Shown here in pieces: positions 10,132 through 20,860 of a stretch of DNA of 54,551 bases. Below the pieces are notes generated by a model that was not told where the DNA came from, did not search any database, and saw only the letters and a list, made by a program, of their open reading frames with translations. This DNA comes from a virus (Duplodnaviria; Caudoviricetes). Made by a program: the position numbers and the translations under genes. The first letter of the stretch is position 1. Each line of letters starts with the position of its first letter. The stretch lies in IMG/VR virus record IMGVR_UViG_3300027754_004594, positions 1 through 54,551 of that record; one strand, written 5' to 3'.

Positions 10132-10817
10132 ATTCTAGGAATTAAAATTATATTACCTGACCTCGTTGAAAAATCTTTCCTCCTTGCTTCGCGACGGTTA
10201 TCGTCTCTCACGGCGTCATAATCCATTTTTTCAATTACATCAAATAAAAGCTCCGACACTAGCCTCTCATGCCACCATTCGATAAAGTATACTGGCTTAT
10301 ATTCTTTCGAAAATGAAAGTAGATTTTCTAAAATCAAAAAATCCGTTCCCTCAGTGTCTATTTTTATGAATCGGATTTTAAAAAGATTTTCCTTATAATG
10401 GTTGTTTAAAAAAGAATTCCCGTTTACGAACCGGAGCCTGCAATTAGTAAACCTGCCTTCGTTAGCAAAAAGATGTTCGTCTATTATCCCCCCGTTATCT
10501 AAAGAGGGACTTGTGCAAAAATCTTTTTCACAATCGCGATCTAGTATTCCAAAATTGTGAATCTCAAAATTTGATAAATGAATGTTATTATCGATGTTGT
10601 GTTTTAGCCAGGCTATCACTGGGGAAGGTTCAAATGCTATAACTTTACCGCTTTGCCCCGCAAGATAACCCATGGCGAGAGTCGAGTCTCCAGAACTTGC
10701 CCCCACGTCAATTACCCAATCCCCCTCTTTAATAAAGTCGGTAAATTTCTGCCCGAACTCCTCAAGCTCTCTTTCGTAGTTGCTATGAATTGGGTGTTTA
10801 TAATTGTTGAATTTCAT
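10128..10817 (-). CDS. FkbM-family methyltransferase
   Basis: IDVGASSG, VIAFEP, FIKIDTEG. Confidence 0.88.
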   Translation of the reverse strand: MKFNNYKHPIHSNYERELEEFGQKFTDFIKEGDWVIDVGASSGDSTLAMGYLAGQSGKVIAFEPSPVIAWLKHNIDNNIHLSNFEIHNFGILDRDCEKDFCTSPSLDNGGIIDEHLFANEGRFTNCRLRFVNGNSFLNNHYKENLFKIRFIKIDTEGTDFLILENLLSFSKEYKPVYFIEWWHERLVSELLFDVIEKMDYDAVRDDNRREARRKDFSTRSGNIILIPRI

Positions 10818-11833
10818 AACGTAACGCTGTTCATAAGGATCTGTAATCTTGAAACACTATTTTCCCAAGTAAATTTTTGAGCCTCAACAGATCCGAGCTT
10901 GCTGATTCTATCTCTAAGAGCCTTATCTTCTAACATCTCTCTCATTTTTTCTTTTACGCTTTGTTTTTTAGGTATGGACCACTTGGGCGGTTTTACACAA
11001 TAGGATGGATGAAATAAATGATTTCTTAACCCGATTTGGTCCGCTTGAATTATATCGTTTTCAGTGAAGAATTCCAAACAAAAGTCAACATGGAGAGCTG
11101 ATAATCTATCTACCGTGTAGTCTCTTGGGCCAGCGTAAGGAATAACTATCAATGGAGTCCCAGAGCTCATACACTCTATAGTTCTCAAGTTCCACGTACT
11201 GCTTTTGTTTAAACAAATTGCAGCATCGGCACTGTAGTAAATATTTTTTTCTTCCTCGAAGTCTTCTAGGTCTCTGTCGTCATGAAGTATTTCGACGCTA
11301 TATTGCAAAGCTTTGTTCTGAACCCAAGTCTTAAACGTCGCACAAGCGCCTCGATCACGAAGGTAAAGTTTTATAGATTTTTCATTTTGGAACTCTTCGC
11401 AAAAACTTTCGACAACGAGCTCCAGTCCGCCTCTCGAATTCGATTCACCCACGCCAAGAAGCGTAAATTTGTCAGTTGGTTTTTTTTCTCGATATTTCCA
11501 AATCTGAGCGTCTACCCCTAGTGGGAAATAAGCAGACAATGCAGCGGGATAACCAGACTCTAATATAAAATTTAAATTATCCCTTGAAACTCCAAAAATT
11601 GGTTTGGGATACGAATTTTCAAGAATAAATCTGGGGAAAATCATTTCATAAACAATAATAATTGCATGTGGATTATGTCCGTGGTGATTACCGACACAAT
11701 CGTAGACAATCCTGCGAGCTTTGTCGCTGTAAATGTCTAATTTTTTAGCGGCGTTATTTAAGCTTGATATGATAACGTCGCTACTGCAAAATTTTTTATT
11801 ATTAGGATCCCCTAAGATTTTAATTTTTTCCAT
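10814..11833 (-). CDS. Glycosyltransferase, GT-B (GT4-like)
   Basis: PLGVD, RGGLE, TIECMSSGTP, FTWE. Confidence 0.8.
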   Translation of the reverse strand: MEKIKILGDPNNKKFCSSDVIISSLNNAAKKLDIYSDKARRIVYDCVGNHHGHNPHAIIIVYEMIFPRFILENSYPKPIFGVSRDNLNFILESGYPAALSAYFPLGVDAQIWKYREKKPTDKFTLLGVGESNSRGGLELVVESFCEEFQNEKSIKLYLRDRGACATFKTWVQNKALQYSVEILHDDRDLEDFEEEKNIYYSADAAICLNKSSTWNLRTIECMSSGTPLIVIPYAGPRDYTVDRLSALHVDFCLEFFTENDIIQADQIGLRNHLFHPSYCVKPPKWSIPKKQSVKEKMREMLEDKALRDRISKLGSVEAQKFTWENSVSRLQILMNSVTL

Positions 11834-11834
11834 T

Positions 11835-12821
11835 TTAAGATTCTCGGCAAATACTAGTGAGGCAACCTAATACAGAGTTAATCATATTCTCTTCGCAATG
11901 ATCTAACCCTGCGTCATAGCAATCTCGTTGGGAAATTTTATCCCTCGCTTCCCAAGCTTTTACAAAATCTGATTCGTTTCTTATGAAAAATCCATTTACG
12001 TTTTCCTTAATGAAGTAGTTCCAGCCTCCAACGGGAGAGGCTAATATCCCACACCCGTAGCTGGCAGCTTCCTTCCCTGCTAGCGTAGCGGAAATAGGAT
12101 AATTTTGAAGCTGCGTGTTCAGTTTGGCTCTCTTGTAAAATTCAGATTTAGTTTCAGAATTTATGACTCCTAAATAAAAAGTATTTTTATTGTCTATGTA
12201 ATTCATTAATGGATACCCAAGCTCAATTGGTCCAGCAAAATAAGTTTTAATGCTGTATTTTAAAGCAAGTTGAGCCACTTCAACTGACCGGTAACTGGAG
12301 AAATTTCTGGAACATTGGAAGACTATATCTTCCTTGGGAAACTCTTTAAATGGTTCGAATTTAGGTCCAATAACGATTTTAAAAATCTTATGTGGACCTG
12401 TCATTTGAGGTTCTTGACAAACGGTGTCAAAAAGTAATACGTTTTTATTTTTCGGATTAACAAATTCCCGCCACCCGACGGGCCACACCGCTTGATTCTT
12501 GCTTCTGCACTCACTCAAATTTAAATAAACATAAGAAAAGTGATGTAAAAATATATCATATTCATCAGCATTAGAGATGTATTTTTTGATACTTTCTCCA
12601 TTTTTAATAGCTTGTCTAGAGTCGCTGTCTAATGCAAAGCATTGATTTTGCTTTGATAGATCAATATTCAAAAAAGATTTAGGATTCGAGTATATATCGA
12701 ATGTTTCAATTTTATACAATAAAGCTGACGCGATGACTCTGCCTCCTCCGTATTTTTTAGGCGAATGATGATAATCCTCTACGGTGTCATCAAAATTCAT
12801 ATCGATATAAGCTATTTTCAC
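11835..12821 (-). CDS. Glycosyltransferase, GT-B (GT4-like)
   Basis: YGGG, YLGVI, EAASYGCGILAS..GG...ENVNGF. Confidence 0.75.
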   Translation of the reverse strand: MKIAYIDMNFDDTVEDYHHSPKKYGGGRVIASALLYKIETFDIYSNPKSFLNIDLSKQNQCFALDSDSRQAIKNGESIKKYISNADEYDIFLHHFSYVYLNLSECRSKNQAVWPVGWREFVNPKNKNVLLFDTVCQEPQMTGPHKIFKIVIGPKFEPFKEFPKEDIVFQCSRNFSSYRSVEVAQLALKYSIKTYFAGPIELGYPLMNYIDNKNTFYLGVINSETKSEFYKRAKLNTQLQNYPISATLAGKEAASYGCGILASPVGGWNYFIKENVNGFFIRNESDFVKAWEARDKISQRDCYDAGLDHCEENMINSVLGCLTSICRES

Positions 12822-12832
12822 TTTCGCTAATG

Positions 12833-13468
12833 CTATTTTCTTCGAGAAACTAGGTCCATAATTATATCATTAGGATTCATTTCTTTATAGAAAAGGTTTT
12901 CTATATCTTTAATTTGATAATCATTGTAATATTTAGGGTTAATATACCAATCTTCGAGATATTTCTTACCGGCGAATGCTAAACCAACATTCTCTACTAT
13001 CATTTTATACGGTTTGTTTTTCATAAAAGAGACTAGAGCGTCTTTTTGATATTGACCGTGGGGGTTATATAAATCATGTTCGATAGTTAAAATCCTAAAG
13101 TCGAAGTCTTCGAATGGAAATCTTGACAAAGCTTCGACGCAAGGGTCTTGAATTGAGCCAGTGGGGTCGATATCTATAGAAAGATAATCAATTACTTTTG
13201 GGCAATGTAATGCAATAAAAAGCTTTTTATAATCAATATCGAACGCATTAGCCTGTATGACGTGAGACTTCGGTCTAAACCTTGTAGCTTCTTGAACGTA
13301 ATCCGAGCGCATTTCGAGTAAGATTCCCGTCCACCCAATTTCTTCCAACCATGCGTTGTTAGACGCGCAGGGTTCCCCCTCTCCATTGCCGGCTCCAATG
13401 TCAACGTAATAACCGTTCCGAGATGGGAGCAGCAAGTTGACGAATAAATCTTGTTGTGATAGTGCCAT
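12833..13468 (-). CDS. SAM-dependent methyltransferase (FkbM-like)
   Basis: YVDIGAG, GWTGILLE, IDYLSIDID, TIEHD, EDWY. Confidence 0.75.
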   Translation of the reverse strand: MALSQQDLFVNLLLPSRNGYYVDIGAGNGEGEPCASNNAWLEEIGWTGILLEMRSDYVQEATRFRPKSHVIQANAFDIDYKKLFIALHCPKVIDYLSIDIDPTGSIQDPCVEALSRFPFEDFDFRILTIEHDLYNPHGQYQKDALVSFMKNKPYKMIVENVGLAFAGKKYLEDWYINPKYYNDYQIKDIENLFYKEMNPNDIIMDLVSRRK

Positions 13469-13471
13469 AAA

Positions 13472-14743
13472 TTATTTTCCTTCTATTAAAAACTTAGGTA
13501 AGGGGAAAATAAATTTGGTGCCATTGTTAATTGCGTCAGTTTCTCTTTGCAGGATTTCGTTTTTAAAATGCCAAGGACCGACTAAGTAATAATCCGGTTT
13601 CATTTGTTTACTTTCCTCTTCTGAAATTATTTTTATTCCGTTTAAGGTCTCCGCACCAAATTTTTCAGAGCTTCTTTCGGCGGCGTATTTTATATATTTA
13701 CTCGTATCGTCCCCAAGGCAATACCCTAAAAGAACATTAACCTTAGTTGAGGCTCCATATAAGTGTATTGTTTTTTTATTCTTTAAGACTTCTTGATTTA
13801 AGAATTTAACTAATTCATTTTTTTGATAAATTATTCTATTCTTAAAATCTTCGTAAATTTTATCCTCATCAAGAGCCATATCAAACTCCTTAAACCGCAA
13901 ACGCATCAGAGCGTCGCTTCTCTCTTGAGTATCGTAGTCGAAGTTATTATTTTTAACTGCGTAACAGCAAATGCTTCCGCCGTTTATGTCGTTTGTTTCT
14001 GCGTATATAAGCCTAAGACCAGCTTTTTTTAAAAGATGTTCAATTGGAGCAATATGATAATGTTCGAGATGCTCGCTGCAAAAGGTGTCGTAACATAAAT
14101 TTTCAATAACGTCTACGAGGTATGCCATTTCAAAAATCCACACACCTTTATCAGATAAAAGCTTTTCAATGTTTACACAGAAGTCTAACGGATCATCTAA
14201 GTCATAAAAACAAGCTATCGAAGTAATGATATCAAAAGACTTGAGTAAGTTATCTTTTTCCATCTCTGGGCAGGGAAATAGATCGTTGTAAATTTTAATG
14301 TTTGGATATTTTTCTTTAGCTTTCTTGGTAATGTCTGAGGGATCTACTCCGTATAACGAGACTCCCTCTCCGTAATTTAAAAGCAGGGTGGCGTCGTTCA
14401 TCGCTATGTCCAAAACTTTCCGAGGACTCTTTATCATCCTTGTCGCTTTATCGACAATAGACTTGAGGTGGTCTCTCATCGTTTTGCTGATATTTGACTC
14501 GTACCAATAATTTGAATACATGATTTTCGGTGGAATGGTGTGTAAGGTCTGAACCAGTCCGCAGGCATTTTCGTTTTGAGATACGTCACACCTCGCAATT
14601 TTATTAGGAATCTTACGTAGAGAGGTTTGGCCTTTTCCTTCTTTGATAAAAGACCCCTGTAGGTGTTGATAACCTAAATCAATAATTTCTTTAAGATGCG
14701 AATTACCGCAAATCCTACAGGTTTGTCTGTATTTGATATTCAT
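13472..14743 (-). CDS. NDP-hexose C-methyltransferase
   Basis: N-terminal CRIC zinc site, DIAMNDA, EHLEHY, NGGSI, YGASTK, PDYYLVGPWHF. Confidence 0.88.
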   Translation of the reverse strand: MNIKYRQTCRICGNSHLKEIIDLGYQHLQGSFIKEGKGQTSLRKIPNKIARCDVSQNENACGLVQTLHTIPPKIMYSNYWYESNISKTMRDHLKSIVDKATRMIKSPRKVLDIAMNDATLLLNYGEGVSLYGVDPSDITKKAKEKYPNIKIYNDLFPCPEMEKDNLLKSFDIITSIACFYDLDDPLDFCVNIEKLLSDKGVWIFEMAYLVDVIENLCYDTFCSEHLEHYHIAPIEHLLKKAGLRLIYAETNDINGGSICCYAVKNNNFDYDTQERSDALMRLRFKEFDMALDEDKIYEDFKNRIIYQKNELVKFLNQEVLKNKKTIHLYGASTKVNVLLGYCLGDDTSKYIKYAAERSSEKFGAETLNGIKIISEEESKQMKPDYYLVGPWHFKNEILQRETDAINNGTKFIFPLPKFLIEGK

Positions 14744-16100
14744 TACGTTTAGATAAAATTTGATTTTTCAGTTGTTCATCCACAAGAATATAGGAAATAG
14801 TATGAGTAACTCCATAATTTTCATGCTCTCTCTCTCCTCTGACTAAGTTAAGAAAAATCGAGTCTTCAAGAAATACCATTGCGTGAGCAACGTTTGGTTT
14901 AATGACAGCGATGTCCCCAGCTCTAATGACGCGAGTTTCTATATCTGTGTTTTTGTAAGATAAATCTTTAACAACGCTAACGTAGGAACCTTTGATCAGA
15001 AGACATTTCTGCTCTTGGATTGGGTGGTAATGATTCGCCCTCACTGATCCAGATTTAGATTCAATATAACCAATAAGATTAATTGGTTCCGGAAGTTCGT
15101 AATTGCTAATTTTTCCCCGGTCATCTACAAATTCTTTTTGACCATGCATGACATATTCAAGGTCTGAATTTTGTGTTTTTTCAGACCACTTTTCTATCAT
15201 TTCCTCTATAGAATCTTTAAGGTTATAAAGAAATTTGAAACCTGTATTTAAAAGCTTCTTGTTTGAGAGTGTGTATCCAGCATTGGGAATTTCGTCATTG
15301 GTTGTTTGTATCTTCGTTTCAGGCTTATAATTTTTACATATTTCAGCAACGTCTTTCACGGTAACATTCTCACTTGTTAAATGGAACGTCTCGTTTAGAA
15401 TGCTTGAATCTGCCATAAACTTAAAACACCTAGCTGCATCAATCAAAGATACGAGACTTTTATATTGGACTCCACCTGAGAATAGTTTAATGGTTTGATT
15501 TTGAGACGCCATTTTAGAAAAAAGATTTGGCATAATCCCAATCCTCATTGTGTCGGTAGAGTATCCATAAACCGAACCTAGTCGGAGAATGATATATTTT
15601 TTACCAGATTGCTTAATGTCTTGTTCGTTTTGGCATTTACTTTTTGAATAAGTTAGAATGGGACAAGTTAGTTCATCTTCAAAAATATTAAATTTAGTTT
15701 CAGCAAACCCTTCGTAAACTACATGGGTGGAAGGGAAAATGAATTTACAATTATCAGAAATAGATTCTAAAATATTGTTTACACCGACCAAAGCGGTGTT
15801 AATGATTTGTTCATCTTTTTCAGGATCGGCGTCCGTTCTTGTATAGGCAACATCTGTTATTCCAGCTAAGTGAATGACTATGTCAGCACCTTTTACAATA
15901 GACTGGATAACATCTTTATTTAAGATGCTTGTTTGAATAAATTTAAAACCCCAACTCCTAAGTTGGTTCACTCTCTCGGAAATAAAACGATTGTCTATGA
16001 CGGTAACGTCTTTATATCTGGTTTCGCCAGAGTAAATCTTACACAGTTCGGATCCAATATATCCCAAACCGCCAGTGATGATAATTTTTTGCCTATTCAT
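14715..16100 (-). CDS. NAD-dependent epimerase/dehydratase fused to a C-terminal cupin
   Basis: TGGLGYIG, YSKSK, RLGSVYG; C-terminal DDRG...RANHYH...VAHA cupin motifs. Confidence 0.85.
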   Translation of the reverse strand: MNRQKIIITGGLGYIGSELCKIYSGETRYKDVTVIDNRFISERVNQLRSWGFKFIQTSILNKDVIQSIVKGADIVIHLAGITDVAYTRTDADPEKDEQIINTALVGVNNILESISDNCKFIFPSTHVVYEGFAETKFNIFEDELTCPILTYSKSKCQNEQDIKQSGKKYIILRLGSVYGYSTDTMRIGIMPNLFSKMASQNQTIKLFSGGVQYKSLVSLIDAARCFKFMADSSILNETFHLTSENVTVKDVAEICKNYKPETKIQTTNDEIPNAGYTLSNKKLLNTGFKFLYNLKDSIEEMIEKWSEKTQNSDLEYVMHGQKEFVDDRGKISNYELPEPINLIGYIESKSGSVRANHYHPIQEQKCLLIKGSYVSVVKDLSYKNTDIETRVIRAGDIAVIKPNVAHAMVFLEDSIFLNLVRGEREHENYGVTHTISYILVDEQLKNQILSKRNEYQIQTNL

Positions 16101-17017
16101 TTCATTAATCCTCTTGGGTTTCTGTCTAAAAATTCATTTTTCCATTTTGGGGAGATTACAAAAGTTGATCCTTCTGGAACAATTTTCCCATTGATACCGC
16201 CGCCGCAAACATGTTCAGAGATACTGAAGTCGGAAATGCTAACCATTGGAAACTCTTTTGAGATATCTCCATCAATAGCTTGAATATAAAGCTCTCCGTA
16301 TTTTGATATTGCGCTAGTCATCCACCCATCTGAAGCGGTCTTCCTTGCGTCGCGAGTCATTCCTTTGTGAAAAGATCTATCAATCTTTTTCCAAAAATCT
16401 CCCCTTGGCACAATGTCGTGATCTTCGAGATAGGAAATTGCTATTTTAAGTCTTTTCCAATTAATAATCATACAACCACAACTATTGCTGACGCCTTGAA
16501 TATTAATATTGCCGTTTTCCGTGCTTATGTCAAATGGTTTATATAGATATTCTCTTGAGTCTAAATCTTTACCAGTTACTTCTACCATTATTTTTGGAAA
16601 TGTATTGTGAGTCTGGTTTCGATTATACATGTCTGGATGATCTGTTCCGGCGATAGCCAAAGTATTTGGGCAGGCGTTGAAAACCGAAACGCAGTCTTTA
16701 AGCCAGTCTTTTCTCCAAATGTAATCTGATTCAATTACGCAGGCAATATCCAATTCGTCGTTTTGACGTATTAAATTAAATATTCTTTCAAAGGAATAAC
16801 CGACTCCATAATTGCACCCGTGAATTAAAAGATTGATTGGAAATTTTTTAGAAGAGCATGATAAATCAAGAAGGGAGGATTTTAACTCCTTTTCTGATCC
16901 ATCATCTATTATCCAAACTTCATTTGGGGAAATTTCCGTATTTGCAAATAAGGAATTAATGCTTTGACTAAGAATTTGTGGACGATTAAAAGTGAGAATG
17001 TAAAATGAAATATTCAT
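16097..17017 (-). CDS. Glycosyltransferase family 2
   Basis: LTFNRP, IIDDGS, IESD. Confidence 0.8.
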   Translation of the reverse strand: MNISFYILTFNRPQILSQSINSLFANTEISPNEVWIIDDGSEKELKSSLLDLSCSSKKFPINLLIHGCNYGVGYSFERIFNLIRQNDELDIACVIESDYIWRKDWLKDCVSVFNACPNTLAIAGTDHPDMYNRNQTHNTFPKIMVEVTGKDLDSREYLYKPFDISTENGNINIQGVSNSCGCMIINWKRLKIAISYLEDHDIVPRGDFWKKIDRSFHKGMTRDARKTASDGWMTSAISKYGELYIQAIDGDISKEFPMVSISDFSISEHVCGGGINGKIVPEGSTFVISPKWKNEFLDRNPRGLMK

Positions 17018-18252
17018 ACTATTTTAATAGATGGCATTGGTATAATAAATTTTCCCTTGTAGTCTTGATTATTTTTAATAATCGTATCCGACATATTCCA
17101 AACGGATACTATGCAAAAATCTGTTGGATTTTCTTGGAAAAATTTCTTGCTGACAATCGGTATTTTAAATCCTGGGGAATATTTCCCTTGTTTGAGTGGC
17201 GAATCTTCAACAACGTATTTAATTATGGAACTGTTTAATTTAAAGACTTTGCTAAATAAAGTAAATTTAGCAGGGCACCCATAACAACAAATAGTTTTAT
17301 TATTTTCAATTGCTTCTTTTAAGATGCATTGAATTGCATCTGATAAATCTTTGATTTTTTTATCAAACTCTACATATGTCTGGTCGTCGTAAAGACCAAA
17401 CGACTCTTCTGAAGAAAGAAACTCGTAGACAGAGCTTTCGATTGGTATTGATTTATTACCTTGTCTTTTCGCAAAAATTCTAAAAGACCCTCCCTGAGTA
17501 GATACTCTTTGTATGGAGAAAATCTCTAATTGGTAATTATTTAAATACTTGATAAGGGGTTTGATGCCGTAGTATTGAAGATGCTCATGGTATACTTGAT
17601 CAAAATATAATCCCTTAATCGTATCGAGAAGGTAAGCGTTCTCGAAAATAAAAATACCATCATCTGTGAGGAGTTGCAATACCCCCTTAGTCATGCTGTC
17701 AATTTCTGCGACGTGAGCGAATACGTTATTCGCGCATATCACACTCATCTTCCCGTTTTTTTTCCCAATGTCTCTAGCGGTCTCTTCATTAAAAAAATTA
17801 TTTATAATCTTAGCCCCAAACCCTTTAGATCTCTCCGCTATATTCGAAGCAGGGTCTACGCCGTAAAGATTAATTAAACCCAGCCTAAGGAACTCCCTTA
17901 ATAAGATTCCGTCATTAGATCCAATCTCTAAGACGCTCGAGGACTCCCCCAGCCCCAGCTTTAAACAAACTGTAGATGCGTATTCAGAAAAGTGTTTAAT
18001 TAAACTCGGAGAGTCTGAACTAGCGTAAGAATAATTTGAAAATAAAATTTTTGGATCAACAGTCTCTTTCAGTTGGACATGCCCGCACTCGTCGCACTTA
18101 ACGACAGTAAGTGGGTATTGGTTTTCCAATTCTTGCTTCTCTGACGGGTAAGAATTTGCAAGCGGGGTTGACCCAAAATCAATAACAGTCTTAATCTTTT
18201 CACTCTTACAAAGTCTGCAATGGGTGATATCTTGATAATTTTTATTAGTCAT
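17014..18252 (-). CDS. NDP-hexose C-methyltransferase (second paralogue)
   Basis: CRLC, TPLAN, CDECGHVQL, EIGSNDG, ANNVFAH, YHEH, QGGS, YGCPAK. Confidence 0.9.
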   Translation of the reverse strand: MTNKNYQDITHCRLCKSEKIKTVIDFGSTPLANSYPSEKQELENQYPLTVVKCDECGHVQLKETVDPKILFSNYSYASSDSPSLIKHFSEYASTVCLKLGLGESSSVLEIGSNDGILLREFLRLGLINLYGVDPASNIAERSKGFGAKIINNFFNEETARDIGKKNGKMSVICANNVFAHVAEIDSMTKGVLQLLTDDGIFIFENAYLLDTIKGLYFDQVYHEHLQYYGIKPLIKYLNNYQLEIFSIQRVSTQGGSFRIFAKRQGNKSIPIESSVYEFLSSEESFGLYDDQTYVEFDKKIKDLSDAIQCILKEAIENNKTICCYGCPAKFTLFSKVFKLNSSIIKYVVEDSPLKQGKYSPGFKIPIVSKKFFQENPTDFCIVSVWNMSDTIIKNNQDYKGKFIIPMPSIKIV

Positions 18253-19024
18253 AGCTTAAGATTGGTCTAGAGACGTTGTATTTTAAATAAAAGCTATCGT
18301 TTAATTTTAAACAATTATTTAATTCATCCCACTCGTAAGAACAGGGTCCATATCTTAAAGCTTGAAAGCGTAATTTTCTTTGTAGATACTCTTTCGTGCC
18401 GACCCAGCTATAGTGCTTCGGAAAAACGAGAGCTCTAGGGATAGTCAAGGATGAACATTCGATATCTTTTTTTCCATTATCGTATTCTACGAGTTCGTCT
18501 CGATAAAATTTTTTTAATCCTTTGTTTCTATTAACAAACCAAGCTCTAGGAACAATGAAATCATCAACCCATGTAGAGTAGTTGATGCAATAATTTTTGA
18601 AATTAACTTTAAAATAATCTACTAAATTGTTTCGTTCAACAAATTTAATAAACTTTTTAATTTCTTCAATTTCCCACAGTTCGTCAACATTCACCATTAT
18701 GAGCAAATCTACGCCGTGCTTTTTGAGCTGCGTTAAGTTATTCGTCCACATATCGTATTCTTTTTGTGGTGAATCGTAAATTATCAAATCGTCAATTTTG
18801 CCAGCCTCTTGCATTTCTCTTGCCAATTCGCAAGTTCCGTCTGTCGAGTAAATCGGGAAACCCAACTTGTGGGTCTCATCGAAACAGCCATGACTAAAAC
18901 AAATTTTTATATCTGAAATTTCTGGACATAAAGACTTGTCGTTTTTAATCTCATTCCACGGATCGAAACATCTCGATAAAAGATCTTTAGACTCGTAGCC
19001 AATTGAGGTGATTCCAATTTTCAT
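18245..19024 (-). CDS. Putative GT-A fold glycosyltransferase
   Basis: STDGT, VNVDE, HYSW; cluster context. Confidence 0.6.
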   Translation of the reverse strand: MKIGITSIGYESKDLLSRCFDPWNEIKNDKSLCPEISDIKICFSHGCFDETHKLGFPIYSTDGTCELAREMQEAGKIDDLIIYDSPQKEYDMWTNNLTQLKKHGVDLLIMVNVDELWEIEEIKKFIKFVERNNLVDYFKVNFKNYCINYSTWVDDFIVPRAWFVNRNKGLKKFYRDELVEYDNGKKDIECSSLTIPRALVFPKHYSWVGTKEYLQRKLRFQALRYGPCSYEWDELNNCLKLNDSFYLKYNVSRPILSYD

Positions 19025-19026
19025 CT

Positions 19027-19947
19027 CTAGATTATGATATTGGAAGCGTTCCTATCTGACGCAAGTTTTACTCGAGAAAAATTATTTTTCAAATCTTGAG
19101 TAATTGATTCTGGAGATCCTGAAAATTTAAAATTAAATATTCTGCAAAATTTATCACAAGAAATGGCAAAATCATAAACTTTAGATGCAGACTGTTGAGC
19201 CTCAATGACCTTAATTTTAACTCCAAGAACTTCCGCCGTTTTCCTTCCTATAGTCTCGACGTTAGAGTTGAATGAAGCTAAATTGTAAACGCCTCTCTTA
19301 TTGAAGTTTCCAGTCTGGATAATCAGCTCCATCGCCCGACATAAGTCTTTAATGTCGAGGATCGGTCTTCTTACCGTGGGGTTCGATATCACCACCTCTT
19401 GATTCGCTTGAGCAGAGTAGAACATTGCATTTATCATAATGTCGTTCCTGACGTGAGGAGAGAAACCGTTAACTGTTCCAAACCTAAGTCCATAATAATT
19501 AATCTTATCAAAAATTCTAATATAATGATCAATTTCCGACTTAGATAAGTCGTAAAAACTTCCAGCCACATACTCTTGGCAGTCTTCTGAAACGATGTTG
19601 CGATTAACGTTACCGTAAACGCTTGAACTGCTAGCGTAAATAAACTTTTGCTTTTCAGAAATCTTGGTCATTAAATCAACGAAATACTGAACATTATTTC
19701 GGAAACACCCTATTAAATTCGACTCGCACATCTTAACGCTAGAATGCCCCGCCAGCAATATGACGTCAGAAAATTTAGAGAGGTATTCTTTAGTTAAGTT
19801 TTTAAAATTTTCTTTTAAGTTTAGAACTTCGGGGTTGCCAAATATCTCTAAGTCTACTGAGGTGATATCCATCCCTTTTTCTTTTAGATATCCATAGACT
19901 CGACTTCCGATGTAGCCGCAGCCGCCTAATAATAGAACTTTTTGCAT
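19027..19947 (-). CDS. NAD-dependent epimerase/dehydratase (likely start MQKVLL at 19947)
   Basis: GGCGYIG, YASSSSVYG, YDLSK, LRFGTV. Confidence 0.88.
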   Translation of the reverse strand: MQKVLLLGGCGYIGSRVYGYLKEKGMDITSVDLEIFGNPEVLNLKENFKNLTKEYLSKFSDVILLAGHSSVKMCESNLIGCFRNNVQYFVDLMTKISEKQKFIYASSSSVYGNVNRNIVSEDCQEYVAGSFYDLSKSEIDHYIRIFDKINYYGLRFGTVNGFSPHVRNDIMINAMFYSAQANQEVVISNPTVRRPILDIKDLCRAMELIIQTGNFNKRGVYNLASFNSNVETIGRKTAEVLGVKIKVIEAQQSASKVYDFAISCDKFCRIFNFKFSGSPESITQDLKNNFSRVKLASDRNASNIII

Positions 19948-19948
19948 A

Positions 19949-20860
19949 TTAAAATTTAAAATAAAGGATCTCGTTCCATTTATTATATCCACTTTCAATG
20001 AATTGAAGAATAATTTTCCTATCTACCATAGCCGTTTGTGGGCATGTTAAATTATGATAAACTAAACTAGCGACGTTTTTTGCAGCGGTCTGCATCGGAA
20101 CGCATTCCTCATAATCTTCTTTCCACCTCGACATCCACAGGATATTTTGAAATTTAGGATCTAAGATCAGCCTTGGAATCCCCAAGTGGTAAGCTAAGTG
20201 ACTAGGCCCATTGCATGAGAATATCCCATAAGAACTTTTCTTCAGAAGGTCTAGCGAATCATTAAAACTCAACACTTGATCTATAACAACGTTTTTAAGA
20301 AAAGAAACTGAAAAATCTGATTGATACTCTATCTGTTTTACCCATTTTTTAATAAACGGAAAGTATATAGTATAATCAGGGAGTTTCTCAGCTAATGAAT
20401 TAAGAAGTAATGGAATGTTTTTATACATATGATCTGCTCCATTACTGCTTAACCCGCAGTAAATGATCTTTTCTTTGATGAGCGGGTTGTCGGCGAAAAC
20501 TCTTGTTTTTTTTATTATTTGTGGAGTTAGTCCGTATTCGTTATATTTAAAACTCAACGGATTCAAGAAGAGGAGATCGGGAACATTAAATGTGACGGAG
20601 TTTGAATTATATTTATTTTTTATATAATTTAAAACTTTAAGATCGTGTTCGACAGCGTTGTGATTGGCGACGCTTTCGTCTACATTCTCCAAATTAAAAA
20701 TTTTTCCGGCGACGTGATTCAATGGGTTAAAGACTTCTGGTCTGGCAGATATTAAATTTTTATGAAGCACTCCTTGCCGCGTTAGTAGATAGGAGATTTG
20801 CAAAGATAGGCAGCAGTCTCCGATACCGTGTCCGCCAATATTTAAAAGGGCTTCACTCAC
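19949..20860 (-). CDS. GT9 (heptosyltransferase)-like glycosyltransferase
   Basis: GHGIGD, NGPSHLAYHLGIP. Confidence 0.65.
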   Translation of the reverse strand: MSEALLNIGGHGIGDCCLSLQISYLLTRQGVLHKNLISARPEVFNPLNHVAGKIFNLENVDESVANHNAVEHDLKVLNYIKNKYNSNSVTFNVPDLLFLNPLSFKYNEYGLTPQIIKKTRVFADNPLIKEKIIYCGLSSNGADHMYKNIPLLLNSLAEKLPDYTIYFPFIKKWVKQIEYQSDFSVSFLKNVVIDQVLSFNDSLDLLKKSSYGIFSCNGPSHLAYHLGIPRLILDPKFQNILWMSRWKEDYEECVPMQTAAKNVASLVYHNLTCPQTAMVDRKIILQFIESGYNKWNEILYFKF